From Alphaproteobacteria bacterium (GTDB lineage Bacteria; Pseudomonadota; Alphaproteobacteria; UBA828): a stretch of 64,000 nucleotides of DNA. Below, in pieces: positions 19,257-28,787 of this stretch. Each line of letters opens with the position of its first letter. The first letter of the stretch is position 1. The notes under the pieces are model-generated. The model had not been told where the DNA came from and did no database searches. It worked only from the letters and a program-made list of their open reading frames with translations. The DNA is taken from assembly GCA_965221125.1 (NCBI GenBank), contig CBDCRW010000005.1, positions 544,001 through 608,000 of the forward strand, given 5' to 3'. A program made the translations under genes and the position numbers.

Positions 19257-21368
19257 CTAGCCCTCGATCTTGGAGAAGTCGGCGACCATATCCAGCGTCA
19301 CTCGGATGCGGGACAGCATTAGCAGGCGGTTGCGGCGCACCGCGGGGTCCTCGCAGTTGACAGTGACGTTGTCGAAGAAGGCATCTACGGGCTCTCGCAG
19401 CGTCGCCAAGAGCGCCATCGCTTTTTCGAAATCACCCCGTATGAATGCGTCATGTGCACGGGGGAGGGTCCTGTTAATTTGGATGTAAAGCGCGTGCTCT
19501 TCCGCTTCAGCGAAGAGTGATCGGTCCGAGAAACCGTCATAGCGCTCGGCGTCCTTCTTCTCCTCAATACGGAGGATGTTGGCGGCGCGGCGATAGGCGG
19601 TGAGCAGGTTGGCGCCGTCCTCACCGTCAAGGAAGCGAACGAGCGCATCGACCCGAGCTATCACACGCACCAGATCATTCTCTTCGCCCGCCCGATAGAC
19701 CGCGCTAATCAGATCGTGACGGTAGCCCTGCTCGCGCAAGTGCACCTTGACCCGGTCGGCAAAGAAAACAAGCAGCGCATAGCGAGTGTCTGCCTCGCCG
19801 GATTCCTTTGGCAGCAACACACCGTAGCCAGCCAGCGCATTGCCCAGTACATTCTTGAGGGATAGGCGCAAATCATTCTCGATGATGAGGCGGATCACCC
19901 CGAGGGCAGCGCGGCGTAGCGCGAAGGGGTCCTTGGAGCCGGTGGGCCGCTCGTCGATGGCGAAGAAGCCGGCTAGCGTATCCAGTTTGTCCGCGAGCGC
20001 CACGGCGACGCTGACCGGCTCGGTCGGGCAGGGATCACTCGGCCCCGCGGGGGAATAGTGATCGCGAATTGCGTCGCTTACCGCAGGCCCCTCACCACCA
20101 TACAGCGCATAGTAACGTCCCATGACGCCCTGGAGGTCCGGGAACTCGCCCACCATCTCGGTCACGAGATCAGCCTTACAGAGAAGGCCGGCGCGCGCCG
20201 CGTCGTCCGGTCTGGCTTCGCCCGCCCACTCCGGGTTCGCGTCCTGAATGACAATGAAGAGACTGTGCGCCAGCTTCTCGATGCGTTTGGCCTTCTGAGC
20301 CATAGAGCCGAGCCGAGTATGGAATACGACACCCTCAAGCTGCGGCACACGGTCGGCCAGCCTTGGTCTCTTGCCATGCTCCCAATAGAAGCGCGCATCG
20401 GCGAGGCGAGCCCGCAATACCCGCTCATTGCCGGCGATGACGGCGATTGCGCCTTCGGCCATCTCGGCATTTGCGACCATGACGAAGCGGGGTGCCAGCT
20501 TGATAATGTCGTCTGTGCTGAGCAGACCGAAATAACGCTGGTGGGTACGCATGGCGGAGCGCAGCACCTCTTGTGGCAAGTCCATAAAGCGCTCGTCGAT
20601 GGACCCCATCAGCACCACCGGCCACTCTACCAGTCCGGCGTTTTCCGTTACGAGCCAGTCGTCCGTCGCCAGCGTGAGCCCTGCGCCCTTCGCTAAAGCC
20701 CCGGCTTTGACTTTGATTTCTTGAGCCCGTTGCTCCGGGTCGAGCATGACCTTGGCGTCTTTGAGGGTCGTCGCGTAGTCGTTCACGTGTTCGATGGTGA
20801 GCGGGCCGGTAGAGAGGAAGCGGTGGCCGAGGGTGGCGCGGCCGCTCTCGATCGTGCCGAAGCGGAAGGGCACCACCGCATCGCCCAGCAGGCAGAGGAT
20901 GGAGCGGATCGGGCGTACCCAGCGCACGCCGCTCTCGTCCCAGCGCATGGACTTGGGCCAGGAGACGGCGGCCAGCGCCTCGGGCAGCAGATCGGCGAAC
21001 AGGTCGCTGGTGGGGCGGCCTTTCTCCTTTTTGACCGCGAACCAGACCGGGCCCTTGGGCGTCTCCCGCTGCTCGCAGTCGTCCAGCGTAAGGCCGGTGG
21101 ACTTGAGGAAGCCCTGAATCGCCTTCTCGGGCGCATCGACGCGGGGTCCCTTGCGCTCCACCGTGATGTCGGGTTGCCCCGTCGGCAGGCCGGGCACGAT
21201 CAGTGCGAGCCGGCGCGGCGTCGCGTAGGACTTCACCTCCGCGGCGTCGAACGCGAGCCGGGCCTCCTCCATCCGAGAGCAAACCTGCTTCTCAAGCTCC
21301 CGCGCCCCGCCCGCCTGCATCCGCGCCGGGATTTCCTCCGAAAGGACTTCGAGCAGCAGGTCGGGCAT
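19257..21368 (-). CDS. glyS: Glycine-tRNA ligase beta subunit
   Basis: EEIPAR, TPRRL, WPKSMRW, MVGEFPDLQG, PTGSKDPFALRR, DFSKIEG. Confidence 0.96.
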   Translation of the reverse strand: MPDLLLEVLSEEIPARMQAGGARELEKQVCSRMEEARLAFDAAEVKSYATPRRLALIVPGLPTGQPDITVERKGPRVDAPEKAIQGFLKSTGLTLDDCEQRETPKGPVWFAVKKEKGRPTSDLFADLLPEALAAVSWPKSMRWDESGVRWVRPIRSILCLLGDAVVPFRFGTIESGRATLGHRFLSTGPLTIEHVNDYATTLKDAKVMLDPEQRAQEIKVKAGALAKGAGLTLATDDWLVTENAGLVEWPVVLMGSIDERFMDLPQEVLRSAMRTHQRYFGLLSTDDIIKLAPRFVMVANAEMAEGAIAVIAGNERVLRARLADARFYWEHGKRPRLADRVPQLEGVVFHTRLGSMAQKAKRIEKLAHSLFIVIQDANPEWAGEARPDDAARAGLLCKADLVTEMVGEFPDLQGVMGRYYALYGGEGPAVSDAIRDHYSPAGPSDPCPTEPVSVAVALADKLDTLAGFFAIDERPTGSKDPFALRRAALGVIRLIIENDLRLSLKNVLGNALAGYGVLLPKESGEADTRYALLVFFADRVKVHLREQGYRHDLISAVYRAGEENDLVRVIARVDALVRFLDGEDGANLLTAYRRAANILRIEEKKDAERYDGFSDRSLFAEAEEHALYIQINRTLPRAHDAFIRGDFEKAMALLATLREPVDAFFDNVTVNCEDPAVRRNRLLMLSRIRVTLDMVADFSKIEG

Positions 21369-21371
21369 GGC

Positions 21372-22244
21372 CTACTCCGACCCCGCCAGCCATGCCTCGC
21401 AGCAGGCCTTGGCCAGCGCGCGCACGCGGCCGATGTAGGCCGCGCGCTCGACCACGCTGATCGCGCCCCGCGCATCCAGCAGGTTGAAGAGGTGGCTCGC
21501 CTTCATGCACTGGTCGTAGGCCGGCAGCGGCAGCGGCTTAGCGCACGCCAGCAGCGCCGCGCACTCGGCTTCCGCATCGTCGAAGTGGCGGCGCAGGCGG
21601 TCCACGTCCGCGTGCTCGAAGTTGAAGGCCGAGAACTCGCGCTCGGCGCGCAGGAACACGTCGCCGTAGACCGTGCCGTGGCCGTCCCAGTCGAGGTCGT
21701 AGACGTTGTCCACGCCTTGCACGTACATGGCGAGCCGCTCCATGCCGTAGGTGAGCTCGACCGGGACCGGGTCGCAGTCGATGCCGCCCACCTGCTGGAA
21801 GTAGGTGAACTGGGTCACCTCCATGCCGTCGCACCAGACCTCCCAGCCGAGCCCCCAGGCGCCAAGCGTCGGGCTCTCCCAGTCGTCCTCGACGAAGCGG
21901 ATGTCGTGGGCGCGAACGTCGATGCCGAGCGCGCCCAGGCTGCCCAGATACTGGTCCTGCACGTCGTCGGGCGACGGCTTCAGGATCACCTGGAACTGGT
22001 AGTAGTGCTGCAGCCGGTTGGGGTTCTCGCCGTAGCGCCCGTCGCCGGGCCGGCGCGAGGGCTGCACGTAGGCCGCGCGCCAAGGTTCTGGGCCCAGGCT
22101 GCGGAGCGTCGTAGCAGGGTGGAAGGTGCCGGCGCCCACCTCCATGTCGTAGGGCTGCAGGATGACGCAGCCGCGCCTGGCCCAATAGTCCTGCAGCCCG
22201 AGGATGAGCGACTGGAACGACCGGTCGCGGCTATTGGCGTCCAT
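21372..22244 (-). CDS. glyQ: Glycine-tRNA ligase alpha subunit
   Basis: [42 protein letters not shown]. Confidence 0.97.
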   Translation of the reverse strand: MDANSRDRSFQSLILGLQDYWARRGCVILQPYDMEVGAGTFHPATTLRSLGPEPWRAAYVQPSRRPGDGRYGENPNRLQHYYQFQVILKPSPDDVQDQYLGSLGALGIDVRAHDIRFVEDDWESPTLGAWGLGWEVWCDGMEVTQFTYFQQVGGIDCDPVPVELTYGMERLAMYVQGVDNVYDLDWDGHGTVYGDVFLRAEREFSAFNFEHADVDRLRRHFDDAEAECAALLACAKPLPLPAYDQCMKASHLFNLLDARGAISVVERAAYIGRVRALAKACCEAWLAGSE

Positions 22245-22344
22245 CGAAGGTCAGCGATTCGGATGAATGGGCGGGCGGACAATGCCCCCCGCCAGGGCAG
22301 CGGTCAACCGCGCGGATGCCGCCCGGCTGCCGCAGGCGCGCGCG

Positions 22345-22494
22345 TCAGCGGTTGTCGTCGATGTTCTGGTGCTCCTCGTGCTCGAGCGGCTCCGCGGCCT
22401 TGGCCTTGGCGCGCACCCGGCCGATTGCCTTGAAGCCGAACCAGACGGCCGCAATCAGCACCACGAGGATAAGCAGCTTCATCGGACTGAACAT
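22345..22494 (-). CDS. Small single-TM hypothetical protein (49 aa)
   Basis: MFSPMKLLILVVLIAAVWFGFKAIGRVRAK...; GGGAG RBS upstream; below ORF-track cutoff. Confidence 0.6.
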   Translation of the reverse strand: MFSPMKLLILVVLIAAVWFGFKAIGRVRAKAKAAEPLEHEEHQNIDDNR

Positions 22495-22649
22495 GTCTCA
22501 CGCTCCCATCGCACGGCAGGCCGCGCGGCGACAGCCGCAGGCGCGCCGTTACCTTTGCCGTAACTCTGAAGCCCGCGGGCGGACGGGTCAAGCATTGTCT
22601 CGACGGCACTGTCTCGGGATTGTGAACCGGGGCGGGATTGACGCTGTAG

Positions 22650-23375
22650 ATGCCAACGGCCATCGTCCGCCCCGTGCCGCGACTCCTCAGCATCGTGATC
22701 CCGACCCTCGACGCCGCCGGCGTTCTCGGCGCGACGCTCGCCGGCTTGCGCGGCGGCATCGCGGGCCTCGAAGAGCGCGGAATCGGCGTGGACGTCGTGG
22801 TTGCCGACGGCGGCTCAGAGGACGGCACAGCGGACGAAGCCCGCAGGCACGGGGCGCGGGTGGTGGCGGCAGAGGCCGGGCGCGGCCGCCAGCTCGCGGC
22901 CGGCGCGGCAGCGGCCGAGGGGGCGTGGCTGCTCTTCCTCCATGCCGATACGCGCCCGGCACCGGGCTGGCACGAGGACGTGAGCGCGTTCATCGACCAG
23001 CCCGCCAACCAGGGCCGCGCCGCCTGCTTCCGCTTCGCCCTCGACGACCGGGCCGCCGCCGCGCGCCTGCTGGAGCGGCTGGTGGCGCTGCGGTGCCTGC
23101 TCTTCGCGCTCCCCTACGGCGACCAGGGGCTCCTGATCCACCGCAGCCTCTACGAAGCGCTCGGCGGCTTTCGCCCGCTGCCGATGATGGAGGACGTGGA
23201 TCTCGTGCGCCGGCTCGGCCGCCGCCGCCTCGCCTACCTGAGAACCCCGGCGGTCACGTCCGCCGTGCGCTTTCGCCGCTCGGGCTACGCGCCCCGCATG
23301 GCGCGCAACCTCTGCTGCCTGCTACTCTTCTCCATGGGCGTGCGGGCCGAAACCGTGGCCAGGCTCTACGGATGA
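22650..23375 (+). CDS. GT2 glycosyltransferase, TIGR04283-like
   Basis: SIVIPTLD, DGGSEDGT, FLHAD, PYGDQGL, MEDV. Confidence 0.88.
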   Translation: MPTAIVRPVPRLLSIVIPTLDAAGVLGATLAGLRGGIAGLEERGIGVDVVVADGGSEDGTADEARRHGARVVAAEAGRGRQLAAGAAAAEGAWLLFLHADTRPAPGWHEDVSAFIDQPANQGRAACFRFALDDRAAAARLLERLVALRCLLFALPYGDQGLLIHRSLYEALGGFRPLPMMEDVDLVRRLGRRRLAYLRTPAVTSAVRFRRSGYAPRMARNLCCLLLFSMGVRAETVARLYG

Positions 23376-24142
23376 AACCGGGCGGACGCCACCTCGCGAT
23401 CTTCCTCAAGGAGCCGCGCCTCGGCCGGGCCAAGGGGCGCCTCGCCCGCGATGTCGGGCACGGCGAGGCCTGGCTCTTCTACCGACGGCTGGTGCGCCGC
23501 GTGCTGCCTCCCCTCGCGCGCGACGCGCGGTGGGCGACGTGGCTCGCGACGACGCCGGACGGCTGGCGCGGGCGGGAGCCCTTCTGGCCCTTCGCGCTGC
23601 CGTGCCTGCCGCAGGGCCCGGGCGATGTCGGCCAGCGCATGCTGCGGGTCTTCCGCAGCCTGCCGCCGGGGCCCGCGATCATCGTCGGCAGCGATATCCC
23701 GGACCTCACGCCTTCCCATGTGGCGCGCGGATTCGAGGCGCTCGGGCGCGCGGACATGGTGCTGGGGCCGGCAGACGACGGCGGCTATTGGCTGATCGGC
23801 CTCGCGCAGCGGGCGCGGGCGATCGACCCCTTCGCCGGCGTGCGCTGGTCGAGCCGGTGGGCGCTCGCCGATACCGAGCGCGCGCTGCCGGCGGGGTTCA
23901 GGCTCGCGCTGGTCGACCGCCTCGCCGATGTGGACGACGGGCTCGCCTACCTGCGCTGGCGGGCTCAGGTGAGCGTGGACATCGGACCGCGCCCTCGGGC
24001 GAGCGACTCTTCGAGCAAGCGCGCTCAGGAGAGCGACTCTTCAAGTATGCGCGCTCAGGCGAGCGCGACGCACTCGATCTCGATGTCGAACTCCATCGGC
24101 CAGGACGCCATGGCGACGAAGGTCCTGGCCGGCGGCTCGTGA
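23372..24142 (+). CDS. DUF2064 / TIGR04282-like glycosyltransferase; frame runs on through a tandem repeat
   Basis: KEPRLGRAKGRL, QGPGDVGQRM, GSDIP, LGPADDGGYWLIG, LADVD; ATGA overlap with upstream GT. Confidence 0.82.
   Translation: MKPGGRHLAIFLKEPRLGRAKGRLARDVGHGEAWLFYRRLVRRVLPPLARDARWATWLATTPDGWRGREPFWPFALPCLPQGPGDVGQRMLRVFRSLPPGPAIIVGSDIPDLTPSHVARGFEALGRADMVLGPADDGGYWLIGLAQRARAIDPFAGVRWSSRWALADTERALPAGFRLALVDRLADVDDGLAYLRWRAQVSVDIGPRPRASDSSSKRAQESDSSSMRAQASATHSISMSNSIGQDAMATKVLAGGS
23961..24066. repeat. Degenerate 30-bp tandem repeat, ~3.5 units
   Basis: TC(A/G)GGNGAGCG recurs at 23965, 23995, 24025, 24055. Confidence 0.75.
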
Positions 24143-24447
24143 GGGAAGTAGCGCCCGTAGATCTCGTTCACGATCCGATAGTAGGCGGCGTTGGTGACGA
24201 ACACCTGGCACTTCACCACGCGCTCCAGCGACGAGCCCGCGCTCTCCAGCGTGTGCTTCAGCACCTCCATCACCTGCCCGGTCTGCACGTCGATCCCGCC
24301 CTTCACCATTTGCCCGGAGTCGAGGTCGAGCGGCGGCAGGCCGGAGACGTAGAGGAAGCCGCCCGCGCGCACGCAGGGCGAAAGCGGCACGCCGATCTCG
24401 CGCAGCGCGTCCGAGAGCTTGGGGATCTCGACGATTTCCTTTTCCAC
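24055..24447 (-). CDS. RidA/YjgF family protein
   Basis: LYVSG, VNEIYGRYF, PPART, IEIECVA. Confidence 0.9.
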   Translation of the reverse strand: MEKEIVEIPKLSDALREIGVPLSPCVRAGGFLYVSGLPPLDLDSGQMVKGGIDVQTGQVMEVLKHTLESAGSSLERVVKCQVFVTNAAYYRIVNEIYGRYFPHEPPARTFVAMASWPMEFDIEIECVALA

Positions 24448-24501
24448 CGTTCTTCTCCTTGTTCCGGGGCTCGGGCCGCGCCCTATATGGCGCGCGCGGC
24501 G

Positions 24502-25050
24502 TTAAGCAGCGCCCCTTCGTTCGGTCTCCTGCAGGCGGGGCATCAGCTCGACCAGGTTGCAGGGGCGCCAGCGATAGTCGAGCTGGTAGCGGAGGATCTT
24601 GTCCCAGCCGTCCTTGCAGGCGCCGGGCGAGCCGGGGAGCGCGAACAGGTAGGTGCCGCCCGCGACCCCGCCCGTGGTCCGCGATTGCAGGGTGGACGTG
24701 CCGATGAGGTCGTAGCTCAACTGGCGGAACAGCTCGCCGAACCCCGGAATCTCCTTCTCGTAGACGTCGTGGAAGGCCTCCGGCGTCACGTCGCGGCCTG
24801 TCACCCCGGTGCCGCCGGTGGCGATCACCGCGTCGATCTCCGGGTCTGCGATCCAGGCCTCGAGCGCGGCGACGATCTCCGCCCGCTCGTCGGGGATAAT
24901 GCGGCGGTCGGCGACGCGGTGGCCGGCCCCTTCGATGCGGTCGACCAGCACCTGGCCGGAGCGGTCCTCGGCGGGCCCGCGGCTGTCCGAGACCGTGAGC
25001 ACCGCGATGTTGACGGCGCGGAAGGGCCTCTTCTCGTCGATCCCGATCAT
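24502..25050 (-). CDS. moaB: Molybdenum cofactor biosynthesis protein B
   Basis: [36 protein letters not shown]. Confidence 0.93.
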   Translation of the reverse strand: MIGIDEKRPFRAVNIAVLTVSDSRGPAEDRSGQVLVDRIEGAGHRVADRRIIPDERAEIVAALEAWIADPEIDAVIATGGTGVTGRDVTPEAFHDVYEKEIPGFGELFRQLSYDLIGTSTLQSRTTGGVAGGTYLFALPGSPGACKDGWDKILRYQLDYRWRPCNLVELMPRLQETERRGAA

Positions 25051-25916
25051 GTCGCCGTCTCTCCGTTCTTCATCTTGTCCTCGATGGCGAGCAGGTCGCG
25101 CCAGACCTCGCGCTTCGCCGACGGCGTGCGCAGCAGGTAGGCGGGATGGAAGGTCGCCGTGGCTTCGATCGTGCCCTCCAGGCGCGGCGTCGAGAAGGGG
25201 AACCACTGGCCGCGCAGGCGGGTGATGCCCTCGCGCCGGCCGAGCAGCGCCTTCGCCGCGATGCCGCCCACCAGCACCAGGATGCGGGGCGCGATCAGCT
25301 CGATCTGGCGCTCGAGAAAGGGCTGGCAGATGGCAAGCTCCTCGGCGGTGGGCGAACGGTTGCCGGGCGGCCGCCAGGGCAGCATGTTGGTGATGTAGAC
25401 GGCCGAGCGGTCGAGGCCGATGGAGGCCAGCATCCGGTCCAGGAGCCGCCCTGCCGGCCCCACGAAGGGGAGACCCTGGCGGTCCTCCTCGGCGCCCGGC
25501 GCCTCGCCCACGATCATCAGCCGGGCTGCGGGGTTGCCGTCGCCGATCACGGTGTTGGTCGCCGTGCGCTTGAGCGCGCAACCGTCGAAGGCGCGCACGG
25601 CCGCCACCAGCTGATCGAGGCTGGTGCAGGCGGCGGCGATCTCGTGCGCGCTCCAGGTGGCATCGCCCGGCGCGAGCAGCGGTGCGGGCGGGGGAGCAGG
25701 CTCTTGCGGGGCGGCGACGGCGGGCTGAGGCGTGCTAGGCGGCGCGGCGGCCTCCGGCACGGGCTCGCGGGCTACGGCCACAGGGGCGGTCGCTGCGGCA
25801 GCCGTCGCCGCTGCGGCTTCCCGGTAACGGTCGCGCGGCGCGTCGTCCATCGCTTGGTCGACGCCTGCCAGCACGTACCAGTCCAGCAATGCCCGCATCG
25901 CTCGATCGCCGCTCAT
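25047..25916 (-). CDS. Family 4 uracil-DNA glycosylase
   Basis: GEAPG, PFVGPAG, WRPPGNR, HPAYLLR. Confidence 0.92.
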   Translation of the reverse strand: MSGDRAMRALLDWYVLAGVDQAMDDAPRDRYREAAAATAAAATAPVAVAREPVPEAAAPPSTPQPAVAAPQEPAPPPAPLLAPGDATWSAHEIAAACTSLDQLVAAVRAFDGCALKRTATNTVIGDGNPAARLMIVGEAPGAEEDRQGLPFVGPAGRLLDRMLASIGLDRSAVYITNMLPWRPPGNRSPTAEELAICQPFLERQIELIAPRILVLVGGIAAKALLGRREGITRLRGQWFPFSTPRLEGTIEATATFHPAYLLRTPSAKREVWRDLLAIEDKMKNGETAT

Positions 25917-25980
25917 CGCCGGCACGATATCAGAGCCGGACCGCAAGCTCATCCGCCGGCGCGTCGCCGGTTGCTGGCGC

Positions 25981-26247
25981 CTACGGCTTCTTGTCCCCGC
26001 TGCGCGGCAGGTCGATGACCCGCCCGCCGTCCCGGCGCGGATCGAAGTCGTATCCCTTGCGCACCTCGACATTGCGCAGGATGACCTCCAGCGCGGTCGC
26101 GTCGAAGGGATCGACGTCGATCGGCTCGCGATACTTCGCCTTCAAGCTGTGCAGCATCTCGCGCTCGTTGGGCATGAGACTCTCCTCGACCGCGTCCGCC
26201 TGCTCGATCAGGCGCTGAAGCGCGACGAAGGCCGCCAGTTCGACCAT
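25981..26247 (-). CDS. Hypothetical protein (88 aa)
   Basis: GC3-biased ORF with GGGAGAG upstream of ATG; no recognisable motif. Confidence 0.6.
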   Translation of the reverse strand: MVELAAFVALQRLIEQADAVEESLMPNEREMLHSLKAKYREPIDVDPFDATALEVILRNVEVRKGYDFDPRRDGGRVIDLPRSGDKKP

Positions 26248-26386
26248 TCCGCTCTCCCGTCTCTCCGCGTTCCCCCTTCCAAGCGATCTTCTGCCGTTTG
26301 TCAAACGCGCAGGCGATTGCAACGTCAGTGCGCGCGGCTCAGGATGGAGCGAGGCGGCCATGCACATGCGGCAGGGGGAGAGACGA

Positions 26387-27397
26387 ATGAGCGACTACGA
26401 GATTTTCGACGCGGGCGACGTGGTGCTGCAGAAGGGCGCGACGCTGAGGGACGCGAAGCTCGCCTACAAGACCTACGGCACGCTGAACGCCAAGAAGGAC
26501 AACGTCATCATCCAGCCGACCTGGTACTCCGGCCATCACACCGACGTGGAATGGACCATCGGCGAGGACCAGGCCCTCGACCCCCGGCAGTACTTCATCA
26601 TCGTGCCGAACATGCTGGGCAACGGCCTCTCGTCATCGCCCAGCAACACGCCCGCGCCCTACGACAAGGCGCGCTTCCCCAACGTGACGGCCTGCGACAA
26701 CGTGCGCCTGCAGCATCGACTCGTTACCGAGGTCTTCGGGATCGAGCGCATCAAGCTCGTGACCGGCTGGTCCATGGGCGCGCTCCAGACCTTCCACTGG
26801 GGCTGCCTCTACCCCGACATGGTGGAGCGCATCGTGCCGACCTGCGGCTCCGCCAAGTGCTCGCGCCACAACTTCGTGTTCCTGGAAGGCGTGAAGGCGG
26901 CGCTCACGGCCGACGACGCGTGGCAGGGCGGCTGGTACGACGCGCCCCCTACCAAGGGGCTGCGCGCCATGGCCCGGGTCTACGCGGGCTGGGGCTTCTC
27001 GCAGACCTTCTACCGGGTGGACGAGGACTTGAAGCTGGGCTTCTCCTCGCTCGAGGATTTCCTGGTCGCGTTCTGGGAGGGGTTCTTCATCCACAAGGAC
27101 GCGAACAACCTGCTCGCCATGCTGTGGACCTGGCAGAACGGCGACATCGGCGACAACGAGCTCTACGGCGGCGACTTCAAGAAGGCGCTCGCCGGGATCA
27201 AGGCCAAGGCCATCGTGATGCCGGGGCGCACCGACCTCTACTTCCCGCCGGAGGACAGCGAGATCGAGGTCGCGAACATGCCCAACGCCGAGCTACGCGT
27301 GTTCGAATCCTACTACGGCCACTTCGCCTCGAGCTTCCTCAACCCGGCGGACGTGGCGTTCCAGAACGAGGCGATCAGGGAGATCCTGGCAAGCTGA
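26387..27397 (+). CDS. Homoserine acetyltransferase-like alpha/beta hydrolase
   Basis: YKTYGTLN, GNGLSSSPSN, GWSMG elbow, DLYFPPED, GH; lacks the MetX HALTG motif. Confidence 0.85.
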   Translation: MSDYEIFDAGDVVLQKGATLRDAKLAYKTYGTLNAKKDNVIIQPTWYSGHHTDVEWTIGEDQALDPRQYFIIVPNMLGNGLSSSPSNTPAPYDKARFPNVTACDNVRLQHRLVTEVFGIERIKLVTGWSMGALQTFHWGCLYPDMVERIVPTCGSAKCSRHNFVFLEGVKAALTADDAWQGGWYDAPPTKGLRAMARVYAGWGFSQTFYRVDEDLKLGFSSLEDFLVAFWEGFFIHKDANNLLAMLWTWQNGDIGDNELYGGDFKKALAGIKAKAIVMPGRTDLYFPPEDSEIEVANMPNAELRVFESYYGHFASSFLNPADVAFQNEAIREILAS

Positions 27398-27478
27398 TGC
27401 ACTGAAGCGGGTGGTATCGGCCTTGCCGGCCTTGAGGGGCGGTATCGGGCGAAGCCCCTCGGAGAGGGGAATTCGTGA

Positions 27479-27790
27479 TCAGGCGGCGTCACGGGGGCCC
27501 GAGCGCCAGGTAACCGCCTCGCGCAAGCCGTCCAGCAAGCCTTCGAGCTTCGCCATGCGCTCCCGCAGCTCCGCCTGACCCTCGCGCAGCTCGACCTGGC
27601 CCTCGCGCAGCGCGGAGAGTTCGCTCTCCGGCTTTGTTCGCGGCTGAGCTTGCGGCATCTTGAGTGCCATGCGTAGATCAGCCATGGCGCCCCGAAGCTC
27701 GGTGCGCGCTAACTGAATTTCCCTACGCATCAAAGCAGTCAAGACGATCAGCAGGATCGCAAGGCCGACAAATCCACTGATCTTGATCAT
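27479..27790 (-). CDS. Small TM-anchored coiled-coil protein
   Basis: N-terminal hydrophobic helix, heptad repeats LREGQVE-LREGQAE-LRE, RMAKLEGLLDGLRE; AT-richer 5' half. Confidence 0.65.
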   Translation of the reverse strand: MIKISGFVGLAILLIVLTALMRREIQLARTELRGAMADLRMALKMPQAQPRTKPESELSALREGQVELREGQAELRERMAKLEGLLDGLREAVTWRSGPRDAA

Positions 27791-27929
27791 CGCGGCCCAC
27801 CATCACCCGCCCCGTAAGTGCGCGTCAACGACAAAGCCCCAGCTATAGCGCAAGGGGAATAGATCGGGACTTGAATGGATATATCGCGCGGGTGGCGCTC
27901 AGACGACGAAGCAGAGTCGCGGCCAAGCG

Positions 27930-28688
27930 CTAACCCCGCCCGATGAACGGCATCGTCGTCGCCATCACCGTCATGAACTGGACGTTCGCATCGAGCGGCA
28001 GGCGCGCCATGTAGACCACCGCTTGGGCGACGTTCTCCACCGCCATCGTCGCCTCGGAGGCGACCGAGCCGTCGGCCTGCGGCACCCCCTGGCTCATGCG
28101 CTGGGTCATCTCGGTCGCCGCGTTGCCGACGTCGATCTGGCCGCAGGCGATGTTGTACTTGCGCCCGTCGAGGGAGGTGGAGCGCGTGAGGCCGGTCACC
28201 GCGTGCTTGGTCGAGGTGTAGGGCGCGGAGTTGGGCCGCGGCACGTGCGCCGAGATCGAGCCGTTGTTGACGATACGCCCGCCCATGGGCTCCTGCGCCT
28301 TCATGATGCGGAAGGCCTCCTGGGTGCAGAGGAAGACGCCGGTGAGGTTGGTGTCGACCACCTGCTGCCACTTGTCGAAGCGAAGGTCCTCCAGCGGCAC
28401 GGCGGGCGCGCTGATGCCGGCGTTGTTGAGGAGCAGGTCGAGCCGGCCGAACACGCTCTTGGTCTCGGCGAAGAGCGCCGCGACCTCGTCCTGCTTGCCG
28501 ACGTTGCAGGGCACCGCAAGCGCGGTATCGGGGCCGGCACCGGCCTCGGCGATGGCGCTCTCCAGCGTCTCCCGCCGGCGGCCCGAGAAGACCACGGACC
28601 AGCCGTCCTCCAGCAGCGCGTGCGCTGCCGCCTTGCCGATCCCCTGCCCTGCGCCCGTGACGAGGGCGACCTTGCGCTCAGCATTCAT
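27930..28688 (-). CDS. Short-chain dehydrogenase/reductase
   Basis: [17 protein letters not shown]. Confidence 0.92.
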   Translation of the reverse strand: MNAERKVALVTGAGQGIGKAAAHALLEDGWSVVFSGRRRETLESAIAEAGAGPDTALAVPCNVGKQDEVAALFAETKSVFGRLDLLLNNAGISAPAVPLEDLRFDKWQQVVDTNLTGVFLCTQEAFRIMKAQEPMGGRIVNNGSISAHVPRPNSAPYTSTKHAVTGLTRSTSLDGRKYNIACGQIDVGNAATEMTQRMSQGVPQADGSVASEATMAVENVAQAVVYMARLPLDANVQFMTVMATTMPFIGRG

Positions 28689-28787
28689 GCGTGATGTCTC
28701 CGCGCGCCGGCCGCAGCAAAGGGCGGCGTGCGCCGTGTTCGTGAGGCGCCGCGTATAGCACGGCGCGGAACCATCGCGAAGTAGAGC

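Noticed and set aside
19257-21368. Diversity-generating retroelement acting on glyS
   Set aside because: No reverse transcriptase or template repeat in the window, and the variation is spread over more than 1 kb
23961-24066. Possible mini-CRISPR array
   Set aside because: The period is only 30 bp, the intervening segments resemble each other, the repeats are degenerate and no cas genes are present
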